Shown here one piece after another: positions 51,789 through 58,243 of a stretch of DNA of 64,000 nucleotides. A program made the position numbers and the translations under genes. The notes beneath the pieces were generated by a model. It had not been told where the DNA came from, made no database searches, and worked only from the letters and a program-made list of their open reading frames with translations. The DNA comes from a virus. Positions within the stretch are counted from its first letter, which is position 1, and every line of letters begins with the position of its first letter. The stretch is taken from the IMG/VR virus record IMGVR_UViG_3300020048_000073, positions 28,419 through 92,418 of that record. One strand, given 5' to 3'.

Positions 51789-52010
51789 TTATTTAATTTT
51801 TAAAATGTAATCGCTTAACTCAATAATCCCATTCTGCACGTCTATTAGTGCGTCAACTGTAGTAGAATACTTTTGACTATCACGATCTTTACGTTTAATT
51901 TCACGTAGGCGTTGTGCGGCAATTAATACCAAATCATAGCGCCCACCCATTTTGTTTACACATTTTTCCATGTCAATAACGGGTCCGCGGCTGTCAATTT
52001 TGATCTTCAT
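51789..52010 (-). CDS. rpoZ: RNA polymerase omega subunit homologue
   Basis: C.....GRYDLVLIAAQRLREI and ..AL..V..G.I match the omega conserved regions. Confidence 0.75.
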   Translation of the reverse strand: MKIKIDSRGPVIDMEKCVNKMGGRYDLVLIAAQRLREIKRKDRDSQKYSTTVDALIDVQNGIIELSDYILKIK

Positions 52011-52040
52011 TGTATTTCCTTAGTAGTTAATAGTCTAATC

Positions 52041-52069
52041 ATTGTAACATCAGTACGACATTTTGTCAA
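52041..52069 (-). promoter_or_regulatory. sigma70 promoter TTGACA-N17-TACAAT
   Basis: Upstream of the rpoZ-like gene. Confidence 0.75.
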
Positions 52070-52112
52070 GCAGTTTGGTAGTATTTCTATTAATATTGCG
52101 TTGCGTTAAAAT

Positions 52113-52649
52113 TTATTTGTGCCACAAGTTTACTGGGTCAGATTTAAATCTAATTGACAATATTACTCTTTCATAATTCTGCATATTAGTTACGTTATGC
52201 GGTATGTTGATTTGAACCAAGGCCGGTTCAGTCAACGCAAAACTGTAGGTTGGTGGCAAATCTGATTCAAACAGATCCATTCCGGTTCCATAATATTTTG
52301 TATTGGAAATAACCTCTACAAAAGTTGCTTGTTTCCACCAATTCATTGTTGAATGCTCACACCCAATTACTGGAAGATTCAATGCTAAAAATTTAGGATA
52401 TTCTTTGTTGCCATCGGTGTGTATTGGTAAAGAATCATGTGGGCCTGTCATGAAAAATCTAGCAATATCCCACTCGAGAGAATTTTGTTTTAAAAAATCT
52501 TTAAGTGACGGGCACGCAGACAACAACACATCTGATTCAACTACATGCGCACTGGTTTTAATTTCTTTAAAAATACTAGGCACAAGCAAAATTAATTGCT
52601 GTTGAATTTCATCAAAATTTGGTATGTTAATAAACTTGTATGGGAGCAT
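52113..52649 (-). CDS. Cupin/2OG-Fe(II) oxygenase-like protein
   Basis: HTD...PHNV.N...R.ILSIRF (HxD...H triad). Confidence 0.6.
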   Translation of the reverse strand: MLPYKFINIPNFDEIQQQLILLVPSIFKEIKTSAHVVESDVLLSACPSLKDFLKQNSLEWDIARFFMTGPHDSLPIHTDGNKEYPKFLALNLPVIGCEHSTMNWWKQATFVEVISNTKYYGTGMDLFESDLPPTYSFALTEPALVQINIPHNVTNMQNYERVILSIRFKSDPVNLWHK

Positions 52650-52672
52650 TTGAATACTTATGTCTTTAAATT

Positions 52673-52776
52673 AGTGCCGGTTACGATAATACGACTTTCG
52701 TCTCATTCCGGCGTCAGTTTTCGTACTGACCGATGTTATGAATACGTCTGACCGTGTTTAAGGTGATGTCAGCACT
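52673..52776 (-). ncRNA. Candidate structured intergenic RNA
   Basis: AGTGCTG/CGGCACT ends, GTCAGT/ACTGAC hairpin, GCCGG/CCGGC helix enclosing GAC-GAAA-GTC. Confidence 0.45.
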
Positions 52777-52784
52777 GATCACAT

Positions 52785-53381
52785 TTACATGACCACCTGC
52801 GTGGTACCATTTCCGTTCTTAAAGCCCACTTGCCCGCCTTCTGCTTCAATCCGTTTGATAACGTCTTCAAACAGGATAGGAGCAAAGTCTGGAGTCTGCT
52901 CCACACACACGCAATGATAACGCACATCAACAATGTCGGTAATTTTGCCATTGAATCCAGGCAACATAACACGATTGGCGTGAGTGTGTCCGTGAATATT
53001 AACTCCAAAGCGACCAAGACTTTCAGAATGGATAGGAATATGACTCAATATCATTCCGTTCATCACATGGTAAGCACGAAGCTCACGGAAGTGCTCACGA
53101 TATTCTTCATCACGGAATATGTCGTGATTACCGCGGATCAATACTTTGTCACCGTTGAGCCTGCGCATAATGCCCAAGGCCTTGCGGTTAATAACCACAT
53201 CACCTAAATGGTACACTTTGTCGTTGGGACGAACACGATCGTTCCAAGCCGTAACCATGGCCTCATCCATTTCATCTGCCGAATCCCATGGACGAAGCGG
53301 TGTGCAACCATCGTTACGAGTAAAGCGACATACACCAGCGTGACCAAAGTGTGTGTCTGATACTAAAAATACTGCTGGCAT
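52785..53381 (-). CDS. Calcineurin-like metallophosphoesterase
   Basis: SDTHFGH, HLGD, GNHD, LSHIP, HGHTH. Confidence 0.92.
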   Translation of the reverse strand: MPAVFLVSDTHFGHAGVCRFTRNDGCTPLRPWDSADEMDEAMVTAWNDRVRPNDKVYHLGDVVINRKALGIMRRLNGDKVLIRGNHDIFRDEEYREHFRELRAYHVMNGMILSHIPIHSESLGRFGVNIHGHTHANRVMLPGFNGKITDIVDVRYHCVCVEQTPDFAPILFEDVIKRIEAEGGQVGFKNGNGTTQVVM

Positions 53382-53396
53382 AGTGTGCTCCTTTCG

Positions 53397-53927
53397 TTAA
53401 GTGTTACCTTGTTGCCTGCGTTTGCGACGTTCTGCCGCAAGAATAAAAACTTTTTCGTTGTTATTGGTCCAATCTTCTGTTAGCGCCACACCGTTAACGC
53501 TGTGCGTCTCATCCGCTTCATACGTCCAGCCCAATGATTTCATCATTTGATGTTTGACTCTAAGATTAGGGCTACGAAATTTTTCAGTATCAGTAAATCC
53601 CAACATGACACCAATTTCAACCACAGCCCCACTACGACAAATACCCGCGGTACAGTGTACCACAACATTCATGCGATTATCCAAAGCATGTTTTAATAAC
53701 TGCACAATTTCTTGAGCTTGCGCTTGACTAATTTTGTGCTGTTCTGGAACGGCATCTCTATCTTCTGCGTCTAAAAATTCAAAATCATGGCGTTCTTTAA
53801 AATATTGTTGTGCTTGAGGCCGCCGGCCTTCAGGATCAATAATGCTGATCAACATACTGTTAGGTCCCGCGGCATAATGAAACCCCGAAGAAATATTAGT
53901 GGCTGCTACATTTTCAATCCAAGGCAT
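53397..53927 (-). CDS. Protein-tyrosine/dual-specificity phosphatase-like protein
   Basis: VHCTAGICRS (CX5R). Confidence 0.85.
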   Translation of the reverse strand: MPWIENVAATNISSGFHYAAGPNSMLISIIDPEGRRPQAQQYFKERHDFEFLDAEDRDAVPEQHKISQAQAQEIVQLLKHALDNRMNVVVHCTAGICRSGAVVEIGVMLGFTDTEKFRSPNLRVKHQMMKSLGWTYEADETHSVNGVALTEDWTNNNEKVFILAAERRKRRQQGNT

Positions 53928-53979
53928 ATTATTCCTCTTTTTCTTTATTTAACACACCATTACAACTTACCGGTCAATC

Positions 53980-54053
53980 TGGAGCGGGATAGGAGAATCG
54001 AACTCCTGACTTTAGATTGGAAATCTAAGGTAATGCCATTTTACGAATCCCGC
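53980..54053 (-). tRNA. tRNA-Gly(TCC)
   Basis: Cloverleaf, loop TTTCCAA, U73-CCA. Confidence 0.95.
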
Positions 54054-54060
54054 ATTAGGG

Positions 54061-54171
54061 TGTTTGTGTTGGCGCTTGAATCCACGGTAGCCCCTCTCTT
54101 CATGGCACCTCTTGCGTCGACCGGTATCATAGCAAGTTCAGTGTTGTTCCATTGTAGCCACTACACAAACA
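54061..54171 (-). ncRNA. Candidate structured RNA between tRNA-Glu and tRNA-Gly
   Basis: Terminal TGTTTGTGT/ACACAAACA helix and internal CTTGC/GCAAG. GC-rich, no credible ORF. Confidence 0.45.
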
Positions 54172-54176
54172 TTAAC

Positions 54177-54252
54177 TGGCGCTCCCAGCGAGATTCGAAC
54201 TCGCGTACTCACCGTGAAAGGGTGATGTCCTGGGCCTCTAGACGATGGGAGC
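54177..54252 (-). tRNA. tRNA-Glu(TTC)
   Basis: Cloverleaf, loop CTTTCAC, CCA. Confidence 0.95.
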
Positions 54253-54337
54253 AAAACTTGGCAACGCATAGGTATTATCAGCGTTAGTGATTGTTAACTA
54301 CCACAGGGGCGAGCCTGAACAATCTCTTTTTAAAACT

Positions 54338-54412
54338 TGGCGGTCTCAGGGAGAATTGAACTCCCGCCTGCGCCGTGACAGGGCGCCGTGCTAACCACTA
54401 TACTATGGGACC
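54338..54412 (-). tRNA. tRNA-Asp(GTC)
   Basis: Cloverleaf, loop CTGTCAC, CCA. Confidence 0.95.
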
Positions 54413-54417
54413 AAATT

Positions 54418-54495
54418 TGGAGGTAAGGGTGAGATTCGAACTCACGGTTGTAGAGATTTGCAGTCACTTGCCTTGGGCCGCTCGGCCACCTTACC
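54418..54495 (-). tRNA. tRNA-Cys(GCA)
   Basis: Cloverleaf, loop CTGCAAA, U73-CCA. Confidence 0.92.
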
Positions 54496-54616
54496 ATATT
54501 GAAACACACTACCGGAACCGTGACTAGCGGATTTACATTTTACCCAGTTTCAACAGGCGGGGAAGGCAGCTAGTCACGCTATCGCTTCTCTACCAAGAAT
54601 TAATGTGCTTCAATAT
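54496..54616 (-). ncRNA. Conserved-stem RNA cassette A
   Basis: ATATTGAAGCACATT...AGTGTGTTTCAATAT 15-bp stem (2 G-U), inner CGTGACTAGC/GCTAGTCACG. Confidence 0.6.
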
Positions 54617-54650
54617 AGCGACCCTTCCCAGGGTGCCGTATCCTACCTGA

Positions 54651-54663
54651 ATTGTTAAGGAGC
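54651..54663 (-). promoter_or_regulatory. boxA-like antitermination site GCTCCTTAACAAT
   Basis: One mismatch to rrn boxA GCTCTTTAACAAT. Lies ~15 nt after the expected +1 of a consensus promoter. Confidence 0.5.
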
Positions 54664-54684
54664 TGTATTACTTAATATACAACT

Positions 54685-54713
54685 ATTATACAGGAATATT
54701 GATTTTATGTCAA
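54685..54713 (-). promoter_or_regulatory. Consensus sigma70 promoter TTGACA-N17-TATAAT
   Basis: Exact consensus. Heads the Cys-Asp-Glu-Gly tRNA block. Confidence 0.85.
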
Positions 54714-54734
54714 CCAATATTTTTCAGTTAAAAC

Positions 54735-54771
54735 TGGTGGAGTATCCTGGGATTGAATCAGGCATGTCTAA
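54735..54771 (-). pseudogene. 3' fragment of tRNA-Tyr (direct repeat of 56015-56051)
   Basis: 34/37 identity, covering part of the variable arm, T-arm, acceptor 3' strand and CCA. Confidence 0.85.
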
Positions 54772-54776
54772 CATTA

Positions 54777-54818
54777 TCACTCTAGCCTTGCGAAGTCAAT
54801 ATCGATATCTGCGCTCAT
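54777..54818 (-). pseudogene. Truncated ORF start MSADIDIDFARLE* (DnaE-like DIDIDF motif)
   Basis: ATGA-coupled to the upstream gene, preceded by AAGGA, stops after 13 codons next to the tRNA-Tyr repeat. Confidence 0.5.
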
Positions 54819-55675
54819 GATTTCTTTTCCTTAATATAATCTATGACCTCTGAAGTGTGTGTAAAGTATTGATTCTGCCAAAACGGCATTTCTATATTAT
54901 ATGTTTTTTCTAATTGTGCGTTTAGCCATGCTTCCTGAACAAGGTTTATTTTAGGAATTTTTTCTAATTTATTTTGTAAGATCATATCAAAAATACTTTG
55001 CATTTCTGTATCAACATTTATGTATTGGTTGTTTTTGATAAAATTATTATAAAAGTATCTAAGATCATTGTCGTCATATTTGACCTTTATGTCAAAAAAG
55101 TTAATGATGCGAGATATACCGTTTACAAAATGTTCAAAATTATAAAACCAATCAAATTCAAATTCTATATATTGTACGTCTGGCTGATAATGCAACTTGC
55201 TTAGGTGTACCATAAGTCCGGTTTTTTCTGGTTCTAGAAATCCAAATTTAAAAAACTCACGCAAAATATGTCTAGGTACCGATGGGGTTGTCGCATAATC
55301 TATTAACTGTGCCTTGTAGCTATTGTATATAATAGGTAGCATCTCTTCAAAACACGTATTTGAAAGTTTTTCTACAGTATTGTTTTCTAAAGTATCAACG
55401 TCAATATCTGTTCCACTTGCTCTTCTCATAAGTAAACACGTCAATTTTACAAGGTTATATGTTTGAAAATTTATTTTTATAACTTTTTTTAATTTCTTCT
55501 GTTTGTTATACACCGAATAATGATCAGATTGAAACATTGTCTTTGAAAAGTTTATGAATTTGTGTGCGGCTCCCGTATTATCAAATGGTAGCTCCTTTGT
55601 ACCGTTGACTAGGTTATTTAATACTTTTTGCAAAAAGTTGCCGTGTGATCCTCCAACAAAATCAATATAAATCAT
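54815..55675 (-). CDS. Hypothetical protein, possibly P-loop/sulfotransferase-like (start MIYIDF)
   Basis: ATG 1 nt after the upstream stop. IDFVGGSHGNFL N-terminal loop. Very AT-rich. Confidence 0.6.
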   Translation of the reverse strand: MIYIDFVGGSHGNFLQKVLNNLVNGTKELPFDNTGAAHKFINFSKTMFQSDHYSVYNKQKKLKKVIKINFQTYNLVKLTCLLMRRASGTDIDVDTLENNTVEKLSNTCFEEMLPIIYNSYKAQLIDYATTPSVPRHILREFFKFGFLEPEKTGLMVHLSKLHYQPDVQYIEFEFDWFYNFEHFVNGISRIINFFDIKVKYDDNDLRYFYNNFIKNNQYINVDTEMQSIFDMILQNKLEKIPKINLVQEAWLNAQLEKTYNIEMPFWQNQYFTHTSEVIDYIKEKKS

Positions 55676-55676
55676 A

Positions 55677-55919
55677 CTACCAACCTGCTTTCTGTAAAAT
55701 TTCCTGGGCATATTTCTGATCTTCTGGATAATCTTTAAATTTTTTCTGCCAGTGATCAGAGTCAATATACTGCCATATCATAGCAACTTGTTCTGAACTA
55801 AGTTCAGATAAAAACTTTTGTCCGCTTTCACAGTTATAGATAACCCATGGACTAATGCGACCATATGCAATAGCATGTAATTTCAAATGACTTTTTCTCT
55901 CATTTCTTGTCAGAGACAT
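55677..55919 (-). CDS. 80-aa ORF, probably the C-terminal fragment of a larger phage protein
   Basis: GRISPWVIYNCESGQKFL...ILQKAGW. Fragment status is inferred. Confidence 0.45.
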   Translation of the reverse strand: MSLTRNERKSHLKLHAIAYGRISPWVIYNCESGQKFLSELSSEQVAMIWQYIDSDHWQKKFKDYPEDQKYAQEILQKAGW

Positions 55920-55982
55920 ACATTCGATAATGTTAATATTTTTTATATATGTATTTATCTCAACACAAAGATATTTTTATTT

Positions 55983-56008
55983 TAGTGTTACCATTACACT
56001 ACAGCTCA
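55983..56008 (-). pseudogene. 5' fragment of tRNA-Gln
   Basis: 55983-56020 matches 57187-57224 at 37/38 nt and stops after the D-arm. Confidence 0.8.
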
Positions 56009-56014
56009 ACAGAT

Positions 56015-56098
56015 TGGTGGAGTATCCTAGGATCGAACCAGGCATGTCTAAGACGGCGGATTTACAGTCCACTGCATCACCATTGATGCTTCTACTCC
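56015..56098 (-). tRNA. tRNA-Tyr(GTA)
   Basis: Loop CTGTAAA, long variable arm, CCA. Confidence 0.92.
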
Positions 56099-56103
56099 AA
56101 ATT

Positions 56104-56182
56104 TGGTCTCGGTAGAAGGATTCGAACCTTCGCTTTCCTGCTCCCAAAGCAGGCGGATTAAACCAGACTTTCCCACACCGAG
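56104..56182 (-). tRNA. tRNA-Pro(TGG)
   Basis: Loop TTTGGGA, C1-G72, A73-CCA. Confidence 0.93.
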
Positions 56183-56197
56183 TTTAAGTGTTGTTCT

Positions 56198-56287
56198 TGG
56201 AGGAGAGTGTGGGATTCGAACCCACGGACCTTTAACAGTCGACAGTTTTCAAGACTGTTTCCTTAAACCAGACTCAGACAACTCTCC
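56198..56287 (-). tRNA. tRNA-Ser(TGA)
   Basis: Loop CTTGAAA, long variable arm, CCA. Confidence 0.93.
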
Positions 56288-56295
56288 TTAATGCT

Positions 56296-56390
56296 TGGTA
56301 GTAGACCAGGGATTCGAACCCTGTCGTTCCAGCCCATCTGACCAGTCTCCGAGCTTTATAAGTGCCCGCCGCATACCAATGCTGTCTACC
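56296..56390 (-). tRNA. Atypical 95-nt tRNA, anticodon TAT (nominally Ile)
   Basis: GGTAGAC/GTCTACT acceptor, CAGGG-TTCGAAT-CCCTG T-arm, loop CTTATAA, ~26-nt variable region, 4-nt D-loop. Confidence 0.75.
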
Positions 56391-56395
56391 GTATT

Positions 56396-56483
56396 TGGTG
56401 CCCCGGATGAGATTCGAACTCACAACTAGGTTTTTCCTTCTTCCTTTTGAGAGAAGTGCGTCTACCAATTTCGCCACCGGGGC
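56396..56483 (-). tRNA. tRNA-Leu(CAA)
   Basis: Loop CTCAAAA, long variable arm, A73-CCA. Confidence 0.93.
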
Positions 56484-56484
56484 A

Positions 56485-56958
56485 TTAACCGTTTACCACA
56501 CGCAAGCCACGCATGCGATCTGCTGCGTAGCTGGCAGCAAAACTATTGGGCTTGACCAGAGGAATAACATTACAAGTACCGCGAATGTAGCCTATGGCCT
56601 GCGCCACCACATTGCTACTGGCATGATGTTCATTGGGATTAATATCTAAATGAACTTCTACTTCACGACCTTCTAATACTTCTGCCAGTTTCAAGTACAA
56701 TTCACTGACCTTGTACACTTCCATCATGAGTCTTGTATTGGGCCGATCCACACGATCATAATCACGTTCTCTAGACACTTCTCCAAACAATTTACACCCA
56801 TTGTTACCATTGATGTGTACCACAATGGCCGCTGTGTAAACTGCGTACCACTGTTTGTCATCGCCACGCACTCGTTCGCTGTCCACACCAATATAGATAC
56901 GGGTGTCGGGACCTTGTGCGTCTATAAATTGTTTTATGTGTGGAATATTAAATTTCAT
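56485..56958 (-). CDS. Ribonuclease H-like YkuK family protein
   Basis: IYIGVDS, RLMMEV, VHLDIN, VKP.SFAASYAAD. Confidence 0.8.
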   Translation of the reverse strand: MKFNIPHIKQFIDAQGPDTRIYIGVDSERVRGDDKQWYAVYTAAIVVHINGNNGCKLFGEVSRERDYDRVDRPNTRLMMEVYKVSELYLKLAEVLEGREVEVHLDINPNEHHASSNVVAQAIGYIRGTCNVIPLVKPNSFAASYAADRMRGLRVVNG

Positions 56959-56979
56959 TTTTGCTTTCTTAAATTATAC

Positions 56980-57054
56980 TGGGGTATCATAAGAGTATCG
57001 ATCTCTTGCTACCGGCTTCACAATCCGGGGTGCTACCATTACACCAATGACACC
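56980..57054 (-). tRNA. tRNA-His(GTG), with encoded G-1
   Basis: Loop TTGTGAA, C73-CCA, atypical T-loop ATCGATA. Confidence 0.9.
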
Positions 57055-57059
57055 ATAGT

Positions 57060-57134
57060 TGGTCCGGCCACTAGGAATCGAACCTAGATTACAGGATTAG
57101 AAGTCCCGGGTATTGTCCATTATACTATAGCCAG
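57060..57134 (-). tRNA. tRNA-Arg(TCT)
   Basis: Loop CTTCTAA, CCA. Confidence 0.93.
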
Positions 57135-57138
57135 CGTT

Positions 57139-57212
57139 TGGCAGAGCTACTAGGACTCGAACCTAGAATGACAGAATCAAAATCTGTAGTGTTACCATTA
57201 CACTATAGCTCA
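57139..57212 (-). tRNA. tRNA-Gln(TTG)
   Basis: Loop TTTTGAT, unpaired U1/U72, G73-CCA. Confidence 0.93.
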
Positions 57213-57218
57213 ACAGAT

Positions 57219-57294
57219 TGGTGGTGCCTCTAGGGATCGAACCTAGTTCCATAGCTCTTCAAGCTACCGCTATGACCACATCAGCTAAAGCACC
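57219..57294 (-). tRNA. tRNA-Phe(GAA)
   Basis: Loop TTGAAGA, A73-CCA. Confidence 0.93.
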
Positions 57295-57369
57295 ATATTG
57301 AAACACACTGACTTGCCTTGAGACATCGTTCCTGTTGCCAGGGACCCAAGTGTCAATGTGTTTTAATAT
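57295..57369 (-). ncRNA. Conserved-stem RNA cassette B
   Basis: ATATTAAAACACATTGAC...GTCAGTGTGTTTCAATAT 18-bp stem, inner CCTG-GCAA-CAGG. Fills the Lys-Phe spacer exactly. Confidence 0.6.
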
Positions 57370-57547
57370 GGTCGGAGCACAGGGACTTGAACCCTGATTG
57401 ATCGATTAAAAGTCGACTATTCTGCCGTTGAATTACACTCCGGTGTTCCTGATTTTCTTGTTTGCGTAGAGCCTTGTTGCTCTTGCGGTGCGAGCCCGCC
57501 CGCCGTTTCTTTACCACTATGGCAAAGGGATTTCTTGGTTTCATCAT
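57353..57547 (-). CDS. Basic peptide ORF reading in frame through tRNA-Lys
   Basis: AAGGAG RBS. MMKPRNPFAIVVKKRRAGSHRKSNKALRKQENQEH (35 codons) abuts the tRNA +1 with no stop. Confidence 0.55.
   Translation of the reverse strand: MMKPRNPFAIVVKKRRAGSHRKSNKALRKQENQEHRSVIQRQNSRLLIDQSGFKSLCSDHIKTH
57369..57442 (-). tRNA. tRNA-Lys(TTT)
   Basis: Loop CTTTTAA, CCA. Confidence 0.93.
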
Positions 57548-57572
57548 TTTACTTCTCCTTTTTAAATAAATT

Positions 57573-57649
57573 TGGTGGGTCTTGAGAGACTCGAACTCCC
57601 AACCGCTGGTTTCGAAGACCAGAACTCTATTCCATTGAGCTAAAGACCC
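57573..57649 (-). tRNA. tRNA-Arg(TCG)
   Basis: Loop CTTCGAA, CCA. Confidence 0.93.
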
Positions 57650-57655
57650 TGTGTT

Positions 57656-57729
57656 TGGTACCCAGTAAAGGTAATGCTCCTCTGTCGCACGATTATCAGT
57701 CGTGTGCTCTACTTTTGAGCTAACTGGGT
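57656..57729 (-). tRNA. tRNA-Ile(GAT) with non-canonical D and T loops
   Basis: Loop CTGATAA, T-loop AGCATTA, D-loop AAAAGTA, CCA. Confidence 0.85.
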
Positions 57730-57731
57730 GA

Positions 57732-57805
57732 TGGTGCCTCGTGATGGAATCGAACCACCGCAACCACCGTGTAAGGATGGAGTTCTACCATTAAACTAAC
57801 GAGGC
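57732..57805 (-). tRNA. tRNA-Val(TAC)
   Basis: Loop CTTACAC, CCA. Confidence 0.94.
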
Positions 57806-57806
57806 A

Positions 57807-57882
57807 TGGTAGAAATGACTGGACTCGAACCAGTGATAATCTCCGTATGAAGGAGGTGCATTAGCCACTATGCTACATTTCT
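57807..57882 (-). tRNA. tRNA-Met(CAT), elongator type (Ile2 not excluded)
   Basis: Loop TTCATAC, paired 1-72, CCA. Confidence 0.88.
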
Positions 57883-57886
57883 ATTA

Positions 57887-57962
57887 TGGCGTCCCCCCAC
57901 GGTGACGATCCGCGCTCTTCGGTTTTGGAGACCGATGTTCTGCCAACATGAACTAGGGAGAC
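57887..57962 (-). tRNA. tRNA-Trp(CCA)
   Basis: Loop CTCCAAA, G73-CCA, atypical T-loop ATCGTCA. Confidence 0.9.
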
Positions 57963-57968
57963 ATTGTT

Positions 57969-58044
<76 letters not shown>

Positions 58045-58050
58045 ATTGTT

Positions 58051-58124
58051 TGGTGGACAGTGAGAGAATCGAACTCTCAATACCGGCTTGCAAAGCCAGT
58101 GTTATCCCATTTAACTAACCGCCC
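58051..58124 (-). tRNA. tRNA-Ala(TGC)
   Basis: Loop TTTGCAA, G3-U70, CCA. Confidence 0.95.
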
Positions 58125-58132
58125 GTATTAGT

Positions 58133-58235
58133 TGGTGGTTATCCCACCAGATGCCCGTAGCCTGCCACGTCTGACAGGTTCACTGGTAAATCCCAGCAAT
58201 ACCGTTAGTCTCTAGGAGACCTAGAGGGCCGGACA
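58133..58235 (-). ncRNA. Candidate four-way-junction RNA plus 3' hairpin ending in CCA
   Basis: TGTCCG/CGGGCA closes CTCTAGG/CCTAGAG, GCTGG/CCAGT and CCTGTCA/TGGCAGG. Followed by TGGTGG-GATAA-CCACCA. Confidence 0.55.
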
Positions 58236-58243
58236 ATTCTGTA

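Noticed and set aside
52673-52776. Hammerhead ribozyme
   Set aside because: CTGA and GAAA occur, but the CUGANGA core and helix arrangement do not.
54259-54326. HDV-like (theta) ribozyme after tRNA-Asp
   Set aside because: I could not fit the P1-P2-P3-L3 nested pseudoknot order or the conserved L3.
54735-56051. Autonomous integrative element or satellite
   Set aside because: No integrase, transposase or replication gene lies inside or nearby. It is retained only as a captured segment.
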